Below the pieces are notes generated by a model. The model saw only the letters and a list, made by a program, of their open reading frames with translations, was not told the origin of the DNA and did no database searches. From a virus, in the IMG/VR virus record IMGVR_UViG_3300027872_000002, positions 1 through 64,000 of that record: 64,000 bases of DNA; one strand, given 5' to 3'. Made by a program: the position numbers and the translations under genes. Shown here piece by piece: positions 26,993-36,844 of this stretch. Numbering within the stretch: position 1 is the first letter of the stretch; each line of letters begins with the position of its first letter.

Positions 26993-27259
26993 TTGGACGG
27001 GCCAGACATGCCTGAGGTCCTCGATTATCTCTTGGATATTTTTGAGGAGTTGGCCATGGCGAGAGGCATGGGCATGAGTGGTTGGAATCCCATTGGATAT
27101 ACTGAGATCATGTCTTGGTGTTATCTGACTGGAATCCAACTTGGACCTCACGAGGTGAGAGGCTTGATTGCGCTGGACGCTGCCTCCCGGTTCCCTGGTG
27201 AGATTGATGCTGAGGAGCAAGAAGCAAAGCCAGACATCTCTTGGCCGGAGCACAAATAG
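26993..27259 (+). CDS. tail assembly chaperone -1 frame segment (gpT-like; probably expressed as a G-T fusion)
   Basis: This frame is open from 26825 and overlaps the end of 26433..26876, with a T5 run at 26849-26853. The segment PEVLDYLLDIFEEL...GMSGWNPIGYTEIMSWCYLTGIQL resembles DUF1799-type chaperones. It ends 1 nt before the tape measure start. Confidence 0.45.
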   Translation: MDGPDMPEVLDYLLDIFEELAMARGMGMSGWNPIGYTEIMSWCYLTGIQLGPHEVRGLIALDAASRFPGEIDAEEQEAKPDISWPEHK

Positions 27260-30200
27260 ATGGGCGTAGATATTGCAACACTTGGCCTGATTCTTGATGG
27301 CCGTCAGATGCGGGCTGAATCGGCTCGCGTCAGTACGTCCTTGGCCACAGTTGGAAAGACAGGCGCTGGCGTCACCAAGACCATGCTTCGACTTGGGCTG
27401 TCCATCGGTGCGCTTGTGGCCTTCCGGACAGCCACGAAGTTGGCCGGAGACTTCACGACCGCCATGACTCGCTCCCTCGCCATCATGGGCGATGTTGATG
27501 ACCTCATGCGCAACCGGCTCTCCAATGCGGCTCGTGAGGTTGGGATTGAATTGAACCTTGGCGCCACCCAAGCGGCTGAGGCATTTTTCTTCCTCGCCAG
27601 CGCGGGCCTCGATGCTGAGGCTGCGTTGGGGGCTCTGGTTCCGGTCGCTACATTCGCCAAGGCTGGTATGTTCGATATGGCGTTGGCCACTGACCTTGCT
27701 ACAGACGCCCAAAGTGCTCTTGGTCTCAGGACTAATGACGTTGCTCAGGACATCGAGAATTTGACGAGGGTGACGGACGTGCTGGTGAAGGCCAACACCA
27801 TCGCCAACGCAACTGTGGAACAGTTCGCAACGTCCATCACGACAGAGGCCGGAGCCGCACTGAAAATCTTCAATAAGGATATTGAGGAAGGCATTGGAGT
27901 TCTGGCCGTGTTCGCTGACCAGGGCGTCAAGGGTCAGGTGGCCGGTTCCGGCTTGGCCAGGATCCTCCGAATCATGACATCCGCTGCGGTCAATAATGCG
28001 GCTGCGTATGAGAAGATGAACATCGAGGTCTTTGATGCGGAGGGCAATGTAAGAAACTTTGCTGACATCGTTGAGGATCTGGAGAATGAGCTTGGAGGAT
28101 TGTCAGATGCTCAACGTGTAGCTTCTCTACAGACTCTTGGCTTCAAGGCTCGCATCCAAGGCGTGATCAATCCACTCATTGGAGCCAGCGAACAGATCCG
28201 TGGTTATGAGGCTGCTGCCAGGAGTGCCGGAGGGATCACCCAAGAGGTAGCAGACAAGCAACTCGCAGCACCGATGGAACGTGCCGGAATTGCGATGAAG
28301 ACATTCGCTGATGCGGGGATCTCGGCTGGTATGACTATCCTCCGGGTCATGGTGCCGGCTCTGGAGGCTCTCGCAGAGAATGTGGGCCTTGTAGTCGATG
28401 TCCTGCTGACCCTGGCGGTAGCTCTCGTGGCCCTCAAGCTTGGGGCCTTGATCCCCTCCCTCTTTGCTGCCGGCGCTGCGGCTCTGGCCTTTGGCGCCAA
28501 TCTCATATTTGTAGCGACTACTGCCGCCACCGCCTCAGCCGCACTCCTCAACGTCGCAATCCTCCTGGGACCTGCCGCCCTGTTGATCGTAGGTGTGGCT
28601 GCGGTTGCTGCTGGTTTCTTCCTTTGGAGGAGAAGTGTGAGGGCGACCAGAGAGGAGATGGAGAGGCAAGAATCAGTCATAAATGCAGACACAGATCGCA
28701 TCAAGACCTTGACCGATGTCAACTTGGAGCTAGCCCAAGCCCAAGCCATCCGTCTCCTCACCCAGGCACGGTTGGCTAGGTCTGCTGGAACGATCTCTGA
28801 AGAGGAGGAAGTCAGGGCCACTCGATTCTTGAATATCTTGACCAAGACCACCAGGGAGATCAAGTCAAGGGCAGACGCTGAAGCTGAGGCCGCTGCCAGG
28901 CGTGCCACTGCTGAGGCCGCATTGGGAGTTGAAGGTGCTCTTGCCTTCGTTGGATCTGCTGAGGAAGCAGCCGAGAGAGAGTTGGAAAGGATCACGGCTC
29001 TCAACGCTGCCTTTGGTCAGTCGGCAACGGCTCTCGATAAGATCAATTTGGAGTTTGATCGCCAAGAGAAGTTGCTTGATATTGCCACCGATGCCGAGCT
29101 TGAGAATTTGGCGGCACTAACCAGGGTGACCCAGGCCATATTCGATCAGAAGTTGATACAGATTGAACTCAACGAGGCCAGAGAACAGGGGCAGTTGGAG
29201 TCCAGTCGAGAGAGGGAGTTGGCTTCAATTATCGCACGCAATAATGCCATCGGTCAGAGTGCTGAAGAGCAAGCCAAGTTGAATGTGGAGCTTGCGAGAG
29301 CCGACCAATTGGCGAAGGATGCTGAGACGCTCTCCGGCCAAGCTCTTGCGGATGCAGAAGCTCACACGAATGCATTGGCCGATGAACGCCTGAGGACCAT
29401 CGAGCTAACCCAAGCCGAGGCTGATCGGGAAATCATCGCACAGGCTGGGAACCAAGTCGAGCGTCAGCGACAGATCAACGAGGCCACTTTGGCCGGAGGA
29501 GATGCCCTGGAGAGGCTCAACGTGGAGCTTGCGAGGAAGGCTGCTCTGGACGCAAATGGCAAGCGTGCCTCGGGACAGACTCTCATTGATCTGAACAACG
29601 CCACCAACGCCCTGTTTGATCTCCGGGCAGCATTGGTCGGAGCCAACGATGAATTTGATAAGGGCAAGGATCTCCCGGAGCTATACGCTGAGGCCCTGAG
29701 GCAGATTCAAAATGCGTTCGCTGGGGGCTTTGATAGCGTCTTTGAGAATGGCCTTGCAGGATTTGAAGATATGGCCAGAGGCATCCTCGATATTTTCCAG
29801 GGCTTGGCGGCAGATATTGCTGCTGCGTTTGCTGCCGATAAATTGGGCATCGATGATATTGTCAAGACCTTGTCAGAGGGAGGAGAACTGTCGGGAGCCC
29901 AGCAACTAATTGGGGGAGCAGCCTTTGGGGTAGGGATCGGATCAGCCGTTGGCGGTGGGGGACTCGGGAGCCAGATTGGCGGAGGGATCGGTGGGGCTGC
30001 AGGGTTCGCGGTTGGAGGCCCGATTGGTGGAGCTATTGGGGGAGCTATCGGTGGCGCCATCGGTGGATTGTTCGGTGGCGATGAAGATAAGGAAGCCCAA
30101 AAGGAATTCAGTCAGACGGTTGAAAAATTCATCAACTCGATGAGGTCAGCATCCGCTGGGTTCCAGGATCCCGCCATCGCCGTACAGCAGCAGTTGCTGA

Positions 30201-31183
30201 GCTTGGTCGAGGGCTTTGAAGATGCCTTCGACAAGACCGTCATAATCACCGAGCAACAGAGGGAATTGATAGCTCAGAGTCCATTCCTCAGATCCCAGGG
30301 GTTCCTTGAAGGGAACACGTTGCTCAACGCCAATACAAATCTGGAGGACTTCACCCAAGGAGTCCGGGATGCCCGTGACCGATTCAAGGATGGATCGAAA
30401 GAATGGAATGCACTGAACGAGGTTCTTGAAGCTTCCACCCTGGCCGTGGCGGAGTTCCGGAGACAACAGCGCGAGTTGACCAAGGACTTCGTGGCCGACT
30501 TGACGGCACGTGAGGCTGCTCTCTCGGGAGATGAGGCAGGGGCCATTTCCGCCACGCTTGTCAGAGCGCAAGAGAAGGAGCTTGCCGGGGCAAGAGCGCT
30601 GGTGGAGCAAGGGACGATCACAGAGGATCAATTCCAGAGATTGGCCAGGGTCTTGGATCAAGAATTGGCCGAAGCTATAATGAGCGTGGACGGCTCAGTG
30701 GACCAGCTTCTCGGGACTTTATTGGACTTCCAAAATGAGCTTACATTCGGAGCCAATACGGCTGTGGCTCCGACTCAGCAACTCGATATAGCACGGCAAC
30801 AATTTGAGGATGCCCGGAGAGCAGCCCTGGCCGGAGACGCCCAAGCCCAAGCCTCTCTCCCGGAGTTGGGCAAACAGCTGCTGGCAGTCTCCCGCCAAGT
30901 CAACGCTTCTGGGGCTGGCTTCCAGCAAGACTTTGCTCGCGTCTCCTCAACGGTCGATGAGGTCATTGCGCAGTTTGGAGAACAGTCGAGCATTGAGGAG
31001 AGAGGAGTCAAGGCCCAGGAGTCGAGCCTCCAGAAAATCACAGAGGCTCTTGCTGAGAGTCAAGAGACCAATCGACTCCTCAGGGAAGGGTTCCAGCTTG
31101 AGGGCGACAACCAGGTCCAACAGAGAGCGGCCACGGAGGATCTGACCGATGAGGTTGCCCGTGGCGGGGAGGTGCTTGTCTGA
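27260..31183 (+). CDS. tail tape measure protein
   Basis: 1307 aa. N-terminal tape-measure core style (FFFLASAGLDAEAAL), hydrophobic helices at about 28.37-28.63 kb, long coiled coils, and a Gly-rich block GGGIGGAAGFAVGGPIGGAIGGAIGGAIGG at about 29.9-30.1 kb. Confidence 0.9.
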   Translation: MGVDIATLGLILDGRQMRAESARVSTSLATVGKTGAGVTKTMLRLGLSIGALVAFRTATKLAGDFTTAMTRSLAIMGDVDDLMRNRLSNAAREVGIELNLGATQAAEAFFFLASAGLDAEAALGALVPVATFAKAGMFDMALATDLATDAQSALGLRTNDVAQDIENLTRVTDVLVKANTIANATVEQFATSITTEAGAALKIFNKDIEEGIGVLAVFADQGVKGQVAGSGLARILRIMTSAAVNNAAAYEKMNIEVFDAEGNVRNFADIVEDLENELGGLSDAQRVASLQTLGFKARIQGVINPLIGASEQIRGYEAAARSAGGITQEVADKQLAAPMERAGIAMKTFADAGISAGMTILRVMVPALEALAENVGLVVDVLLTLAVALVALKLGALIPSLFAAGAAALAFGANLIFVATTAATASAALLNVAILLGPAALLIVGVAAVAAGFFLWRRSVRATREEMERQESVINADTDRIKTLTDVNLELAQAQAIRLLTQARLARSAGTISEEEEVRATRFLNILTKTTREIKSRADAEAEAAARRATAEAALGVEGALAFVGSAEEAAERELERITALNAAFGQSATALDKINLEFDRQEKLLDIATDAELENLAALTRVTQAIFDQKLIQIELNEAREQGQLESSRERELASIIARNNAIGQSAEEQAKLNVELARADQLAKDAETLSGQALADAEAHTNALADERLRTIELTQAEADREIIAQAGNQVERQRQINEATLAGGDALERLNVELARKAALDANGKRASGQTLIDLNNATNALFDLRAALVGANDEFDKGKDLPELYAEALRQIQNAFAGGFDSVFENGLAGFEDMARGILDIFQGLAADIAAAFAADKLGIDDIVKTLSEGGELSGAQQLIGGAAFGVGIGSAVGGGGLGSQIGGGIGGAAGFAVGGPIGGAIGGAIGGAIGGLFGGDEDKEAQKEFSQTVEKFINSMRSASAGFQDPAIAVQQQLLSLVEGFEDAFDKTVIITEQQRELIAQSPFLRSQGFLEGNTLLNANTNLEDFTQGVRDARDRFKDGSKEWNALNEVLEASTLAVAEFRRQQRELTKDFVADLTAREAALSGDEAGAISATLVRAQEKELAGARALVEQGTITEDQFQRLARVLDQELAEAIMSVDGSVDQLLGTLLDFQNELTFGANTAVAPTQQLDIARQQFEDARRAALAGDAQAQASLPELGKQLLAVSRQVNASGAGFQQDFARVSSTVDEVIAQFGEQSSIEERGVKAQESSLQKITEALAESQETNRLLREGFQLEGDNQVQQRAATEDLTDEVARGGEVLV

Positions 31184-31641
31184 TGGGATTGGTCCAACCT
31201 CACACCTATGACGTTTGGCACTTCGATGCGTCCTCCGGATTCCATGACCATACAAATGATGAGCTTGCGATTGCCCTTAGCAACCGGACTCCGGATGAAG
31301 CAAATGATCAAGGTCACGTTGACGCGGTAGAGATCGACCTTGGCTTTGGATACGATGGCCCAATCGACACCCAGAATTTTGAGTTGATTGTTGGGCCAAT
31401 TTATCAGATCAACGCTAAGCAGTTCACCATTGTCGCAACTGGAGGCACCATTGGTCCATTCAAGATTTTAGTCCTCCAAAATCGGGATTTGATATTTGGG
31501 CTTCAGGAGAGGCTACTTTGCTATTGGCCTTTGGGTGAAGAAATTTCCATTCTCGATGGCGGATCCTTTGGGTGGCTTTGGCAAGGGTTCCCTGACCAAC
31601 CTCCGTCTCCATTTGATCCCGCCATGTTGAGTATATTCTGA
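31183..31641 (+). CDS. hypothetical tail protein, paralog A (152 aa)
   Basis: ATGA overlap with the tape measure gene. Shares H-x-H, EI.LG.GY.G..D, F[TS]IVA[TA]GG.IGPF and ILDG motifs with the next gene. Confidence 0.55.
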   Translation: MGLVQPHTYDVWHFDASSGFHDHTNDELAIALSNRTPDEANDQGHVDAVEIDLGFGYDGPIDTQNFELIVGPIYQINAKQFTIVATGGTIGPFKILVLQNRDLIFGLQERLLCYWPLGEEISILDGGSFGWLWQGFPDQPPSPFDPAMLSIF

Positions 31642-32100
31642 ATGGCCATCTCCCGGAGATTTGCGATTTGGACTACGGACTCGATGCGTGATGGAGTTCA
31701 CAATCACAGTGATCATGACTTCCATGTTTATCTCACCAACGACACGATCAGTTCTGGCGACAGAGCAACTAAGCAACTCAAATCTGAGATCCCTGAAATT
31801 GCTCTCGGGAATGGATACGCTGGGTCCGTTGATATCCTGAATACCTTCACCAATGTCGGCAAAAATTACACGTTCTTTGGTAGGTCATTTTCGATTGTTG
31901 CTGCGGGAGGTGACATCGGTCCATTCCGCCATGTGGTCTTGTTCAATTTCGAGACAGCCGTGAAGGTGGATCCATTGCTCTTCAATTATGATCACGGAAG
32001 CAACTTTACAATCTTGGATGGAACCACCCATGAGATCCTATGTGGTGGGGCTCCTGTGGGGCAGGATGGGCAAATCCTTCAAATATTCAGTCTGATATGA
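31642..32100 (+). CDS. hypothetical tail protein, paralog B (152 aa)
   Basis: Same length and shared motifs as 31183..31641. Confidence 0.55.
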   Translation: MAISRRFAIWTTDSMRDGVHNHSDHDFHVYLTNDTISSGDRATKQLKSEIPEIALGNGYAGSVDILNTFTNVGKNYTFFGRSFSIVAAGGDIGPFRHVVLFNFETAVKVDPLLFNYDHGSNFTILDGTTHEILCGGAPVGQDGQILQIFSLI

Positions 32101-32285
32101 TTATTCAACCAGGACAACAATCGACGGTCCCAAATGCCCCAAGGCCATGCTGCCGGCTGAAGGTGAATCTTCAACGCATGCCCACGGGGCAGCGCGAGTT
32201 CCTTGTCTACATTTGTCGGGTTTGCGAAGGGGTTCACACCAAGGTCATTTTGGAGACTTGTAAGATGGGCGGTGCTTTCGGATGA
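32097..32285 (+). CDS. possible small Cys-containing protein
   Basis: Internal ATG 32097 of ORF 32040..32285, with ATGA overlaps at both ends. PCCRLK ... CRVCEG. Confidence 0.35.
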   Translation: MIIQPGQQSTVPNAPRPCCRLKVNLQRMPTGQREFLVYICRVCEGVHTKVILETCKMGGAFG

Positions 32286-32938
32286 GTGCTGAATATCAAC
32301 AAGAGGATACGGCTTCAGTCTCTGGCCAAATCGTTGCTTGTGATACCTCCGGGGAAAGCAACTCTGGCTTCGCCCAAGACTACCTTTGCGTTGATGGCGG
32401 GACTCCTGGCGTTGGCGTAGATATCATGGGGAATAGCAGCGGTCTCTTTGATCAACGATGCTGCTACTTTGAATTTGAGCCAGCAGTCGGTACATTTTGG
32501 GCTGCGGGCTTGATAACAGTTCGCATAAGAGCCACCGGAAACTTCCTTGGATTGACATGGGAAACTGTTAGAATTTGTCGATTGAATTCAGGAGGCGTGA
32601 GTCAAGGACAGATGGGCATCAGCGATGGAAATATTGTCGCTATGGCCCCAGCCGGAGTCAAGGCAATAGTGTGCGGAGTAACAGCGCAGCCAAACAATCC
32701 AGGGGATCGAGTCTTCATCATCTGTAGCTTCTCCTCAGGGGGCCTCACATCTGACCAAATCAACATGACTCCTGACCAATTGATCAGCACCCCATTCCTT
32801 ACTGCGAGCCAGACCGTTTTGAATCAGGGTGATGGCCGTATAGTGCTGGGCGCTTTGAGTGGGGCTGGCGAGTTGGAGCCAAGAGAGCGGCCATTGAGGC
32901 CTGAAGGATTCAATGACCTTGACATCGTGATTCCCTAA
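32282..32938 (+). CDS. hypothetical tail protein
   Basis: 218-aa ORF with overlapping starts and stops. Confidence 0.5.
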   Translation: MSAEYQQEDTASVSGQIVACDTSGESNSGFAQDYLCVDGGTPGVGVDIMGNSSGLFDQRCCYFEFEPAVGTFWAAGLITVRIRATGNFLGLTWETVRICRLNSGGVSQGQMGISDGNIVAMAPAGVKAIVCGVTAQPNNPGDRVFIICSFSSGGLTSDQINMTPDQLISTPFLTASQTVLNQGDGRIVLGALSGAGELEPRERPLRPEGFNDLDIVIP

Positions 32939-35478
32939 TGGCTAGGCTCACTGAAGGTCAGGTCATTTGGCTAGTTGTCATAGAGGCCACGGATCTGATA
33001 ACGGGTGTGGACAAGACCTTGCGATTTTCCAATGTAGCTTTGGTCTCAAGTCCAGAGGATTCTCCTGACAGCGAGTTCTTTGATCCAAGGGTTGTCACGC
33101 CCTGCCGGATCCGGAGGAGCATGTTTGCTCCAGGCAAGACTTTTGGGCAGAGCCAAGTGGGATTTGGCAAACTGGTTCTGGCCAACGATGATGGGAATTT
33201 GGACTTCCTCTCGGACTACGGGTTTGATGGTCGTGCCATAATCCAGTATCGAGGAGAGACTGGGGCCGGAGGAAAGTTTGAAAAGAAGCTCCGTGCCGTT
33301 ATGGATCAGGTTGTGTTGTCTCGCACGAAGTTCACCATCAATATCAAGGACCGGCAGACGGAAGTGGACACGACCTTCCAAGAGACCAAGTACACCGGGA
33401 TGAACATGCTTCCGGATGGCCTGGAGGGGGTGTCTGATCTTCAAGGAAAGCCCAAGCCAGTTCTCTATGGTCGTGTCAAGAATGTTTCCCCTCCCATCGT
33501 CAATACCTCCAAGCTGATCTACCAAGTCAACGATGGGGAATTTGAGAGCTTGGATGAGGTATATGATGCCGGGATTGCATTGTCCCAGTCTCCTCGACTC
33601 TGGACCCAAGAGACCTCCGGAGTTGCCACCACGATTGGCCAAGGAACCTTTGGCGGGTCAGGCTTGCTTGGGCCTCTTGGCGGAGGAAGGTATGTCGTGG
33701 TGGGGGAGGCTGGGGTGATTCTGACCTCCGATGATGGCGGGTCTACTTGGACTCCCAGGACCAGCGGATTTGGAGGTGGCGATGACATAAAGAACGTTGC
33801 CTGGAGCGAGGATCTTGAATTGTTCGTAGCAGTCGGGCAAAGCAATACCATCTCGACCTCTCCGGATGGGATCACTTGGACCCTCAGGACAAGCCAGTTT
33901 GTTGGCGGCTCAGAGATTTTTGGAATCGTGTTTGGCCAGAGTGTCTTTGTCGCTGTAGGATCTGCAAATCAGGTTCAGACTTCTGGTGATGGAATCAACT
34001 GGACCCTCAGGACTGCATCTGGCCCAATCTTCAATCTGTTTGAGGTAGCGTTTGGGAGAAACATCTTTGTCGCCATTCGAGGAATAGCAAGTGGACCAGA
34101 TGCCGAATTCAAGATTCTCACTTCTGGAAATGGGGGGCTCTCCTGGGTTGAAGCAGAATCCGCATTGCCACCTGCCATTCAGTTGATCTCTTTGGGATTC
34201 GGCAATGGCCAATTTGTCGCTGCCGGGAGAGACTTTGGAGCAGGCGTTGACCCGACAATCATCACCACTTCTCCGGATGGGCGCGTTTGGACGCCCCAGC
34301 TATCCATAGCCACTGAATCCTTTGGCCTTGACTACTCTGATTCGATGGGCAAATGGATCATGGCGGCAGGGAACATTCCAGGTACTGAGAATGGCGTCTT
34401 GTCATCTCCGGATGCCACGGAAGGATCGTGGGAGATTCACGATGCCGGCTTTGGGTCGAGTCGAGTTGAAGGGGTGGTGATTCCCGTGGGGACTTCCCTG
34501 CCGATTCTCACCTGTGGCTTTGACGGAAAGATCGCCAGCACCGTTGGAGCGGATGATCTTCCATACTTAACAGAAGCTGCGATGCTGCTCGACTCAAACA
34601 TCCCGGCTCCCGGTACATATCGTCACTTCTTGGAGGGCGGATATTTCAGGCTTGGCTCTCCTCCCTTTGGACAGATAACGTGCGACGCTACAGAGGGAGC
34701 TACCTTGGCTGATAGGACGGCTGCGACTTTGTATCAATCCGTCATAATCCGAGGAGGCAATCTGGATGAGAACGCCATCGACCAAGGGGACCTAATTGCG
34801 TTGGATTCTTCAGTCCCTGATGTGCTTGGATTCTGGTCGGGCTCCTCAGAATTGATGAAGTCTACAATCCTGAGTGTCATAGCAGAGAGCGTTGGCGGTT
34901 GGTGGGGCATTGATGCGTTGGGCAAGTTCCGGATCAAACAGATATTGAATCCAGATATCATCCCCATCATCCAATCGTTTACTGACAACGACATGGTTGG
35001 TCGTTCAGGGTTCCTCCAAAGGATCCCCACCAATGATGAAGGGAGAGGAATACCACCATGGAGATTCAAGGTTCGGTATTGCCGCAACTACACACTCCAG
35101 ACCGGAGGTGAGCTTGCGGGAGCGGTGACGGATGTTCGCAGGGCAGACCTCTCCGTGACACATTTTGAAGCCATCGTCAATAACACAAATCTTCAAATTG
35201 ATCACCTCCTGACTCGGCAGCAGATTTTCACCACGCTTCTCCAAGAGTTGGGAGATGCTGATGCAGCCGCACTGAGGTTCCAAGCTCTGAGAGGAGTGAA
35301 GCGAGACATGTATACATTCAGCGTGGCCTATCGTGATGCATCTGACCAGCTAGACTTAGGTGCCGGCGTGAAGGTGACGCACCCTCGCTTCATGCTTTCA
35401 GAGGGCAAGAATTTCATCGTGACCGGATTCGATCCTGACCCAAAAAAGGATCTCATCAAACTGACTGTGTGGGGTTGA
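32938..35478 (+). CDS. tail tip/host-recognition protein with an internal BNR (Asp-box) beta-propeller
   Basis: 846 aa. Five to six SxDxGxTW-type boxes: TSDDGGSTW, TSPDGITW, TSGDGINW, TSGNGGLSW, TSPDGRVW, SSPDATEGSW (about 33.72-34.44 kb). Confidence 0.65.
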   Translation: MARLTEGQVIWLVVIEATDLITGVDKTLRFSNVALVSSPEDSPDSEFFDPRVVTPCRIRRSMFAPGKTFGQSQVGFGKLVLANDDGNLDFLSDYGFDGRAIIQYRGETGAGGKFEKKLRAVMDQVVLSRTKFTINIKDRQTEVDTTFQETKYTGMNMLPDGLEGVSDLQGKPKPVLYGRVKNVSPPIVNTSKLIYQVNDGEFESLDEVYDAGIALSQSPRLWTQETSGVATTIGQGTFGGSGLLGPLGGGRYVVVGEAGVILTSDDGGSTWTPRTSGFGGGDDIKNVAWSEDLELFVAVGQSNTISTSPDGITWTLRTSQFVGGSEIFGIVFGQSVFVAVGSANQVQTSGDGINWTLRTASGPIFNLFEVAFGRNIFVAIRGIASGPDAEFKILTSGNGGLSWVEAESALPPAIQLISLGFGNGQFVAAGRDFGAGVDPTIITTSPDGRVWTPQLSIATESFGLDYSDSMGKWIMAAGNIPGTENGVLSSPDATEGSWEIHDAGFGSSRVEGVVIPVGTSLPILTCGFDGKIASTVGADDLPYLTEAAMLLDSNIPAPGTYRHFLEGGYFRLGSPPFGQITCDATEGATLADRTAATLYQSVIIRGGNLDENAIDQGDLIALDSSVPDVLGFWSGSSELMKSTILSVIAESVGGWWGIDALGKFRIKQILNPDIIPIIQSFTDNDMVGRSGFLQRIPTNDEGRGIPPWRFKVRYCRNYTLQTGGELAGAVTDVRRADLSVTHFEAIVNNTNLQIDHLLTRQQIFTTLLQELGDADAAALRFQALRGVKRDMYTFSVAYRDASDQLDLGAGVKVTHPRFMLSEGKNFIVTGFDPDPKKDLIKLTVWG

Positions 35479-35481
35479 CCG

Positions 35482-36342
35482 ATGTCCAATATGCTCTTTG
35501 CTTTTCCCAATCTTGCGGACGATGCGATACTCAGCAATGGTCGCTACCTCGCAACCCTTCCCCAGAGCAATGTCCAAGATGATCGGCTCGACAAAGTAGC
35601 TCGCTCAATCACCACGGCTCTCGCAGATACAATCAATGATTTTGATCTCGGGACCTCACGGGTGATCAGGATTGTCTCAGTCCTCTCTCACAACCTCTCG
35701 ATAAACGCCACCATCCGGATCCGGGGAGGAGAGGACCCAACATTCGCGGTGTTCAATTATGACTCCGGATTCTTGGATGCCTACCCTGAGATATATCCCT
35801 CTGGGGTCCTGGCTTGGGGTGATGCCGGTTTGTGGGATGGGAAGGCTGGCCAGGGAGAGCTTGATGGGGGCTACCCAATCGAGTTCCACCACCTTGTGAG
35901 CCCAATCAACAAGGGCCAATATTGGAGGGTTGAGATCAGCGATGTATCCAACCCTCTTGGCACTGTCGATGTCGGGAAAATAGTCATCAGTCCTGGGTAC
36001 CAGCCGACCATCAATATGATCCAGGGACTCTCGATTGGATATGAGACTTCCTCGACCAGCACGGAGACGGATGGCCAGACCAGCTTCCACAACGCAAGAG
36101 TCCGCAAACGCAAGGTTGACTTCCGGTTCAATGACATCCCTGGAGATGAGGGATTTGTTAAGCAATTCGACATCCCCAGAGATCGCGGAACCAGCGAGCC
36201 CTTCCTGTTCATCTATGACCCTGATGATACGTTCCATCTCCATCGTCGCAGTGTCTGGGGAACCTTGAGACGCCTCAGCCCTCTTGGGGTTCCATTCGCC
36301 ACACGAACCACGTCTGCCTACACATTTGTAGAGGAGTTGTAA
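35482..36342 (+). CDS. hypothetical tail/baseplate protein
   Basis: 286-aa ORF in the tail tip block. Confidence 0.55.
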   Translation: MSNMLFAFPNLADDAILSNGRYLATLPQSNVQDDRLDKVARSITTALADTINDFDLGTSRVIRIVSVLSHNLSINATIRIRGGEDPTFAVFNYDSGFLDAYPEIYPSGVLAWGDAGLWDGKAGQGELDGGYPIEFHHLVSPINKGQYWRVEISDVSNPLGTVDVGKIVISPGYQPTINMIQGLSIGYETSSTSTETDGQTSFHNARVRKRKVDFRFNDIPGDEGFVKQFDIPRDRGTSEPFLFIYDPDDTFHLHRRSVWGTLRRLSPLGVPFATRTTSAYTFVEEL

Positions 36343-36343
36343 A

Positions 36344-36844
36344 ATGTCGGTCATCCTGAATGGCAACACGTATGAGCTTGCCGATTTTGTCGGGCCTGAT
36401 GGGAGGGGATACACCAACATCAATCCCGACACGGGGCTCCCATTTTTCCCAGACTCGATTTTCCAAGACATGTTGGAGGAGATTGATCAATCCCTCAACT
36501 CATACGACATCACCGCATTCTTCTATCGGGACCTTGATGGGACTTCTGTCGCAGGAGTCATGTTTGGGGCGATGATCGTTCGCAATGTGACCTTCGCTGA
36601 TGATTTTGCGGGATCCTTTTCTGAGGCTCAGGTGGGAGCCCTCAACGACAGGATCTTCAACATCCAGAAGAATGATATCACAGTTGGGACTTTGACGTAT
36701 CCTAATGGCGGCCAGACAAACGGAGTCTTGGCGACCGGCGGTGGCTCCGTACAATTCCTGGTGGGCGACAAATTGACCATCGTGTCTCCGGGTGGAGATA
36801 CCAACTTGAATGAAATCTCGCTCACGCTCAAAGGCGGTGTATAG
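36344..36844 (+). CDS. hypothetical tail protein
   Basis: 166-aa ORF starting 2 nt after the previous stop. Confidence 0.5.
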   Translation: MSVILNGNTYELADFVGPDGRGYTNINPDTGLPFFPDSIFQDMLEEIDQSLNSYDITAFFYRDLDGTSVAGVMFGAMIVRNVTFADDFAGSFSEAQVGALNDRIFNIQKNDITVGTLTYPNGGQTNGVLATGGGSVQFLVGDKLTIVSPGGDTNLNEISLTLKGGV

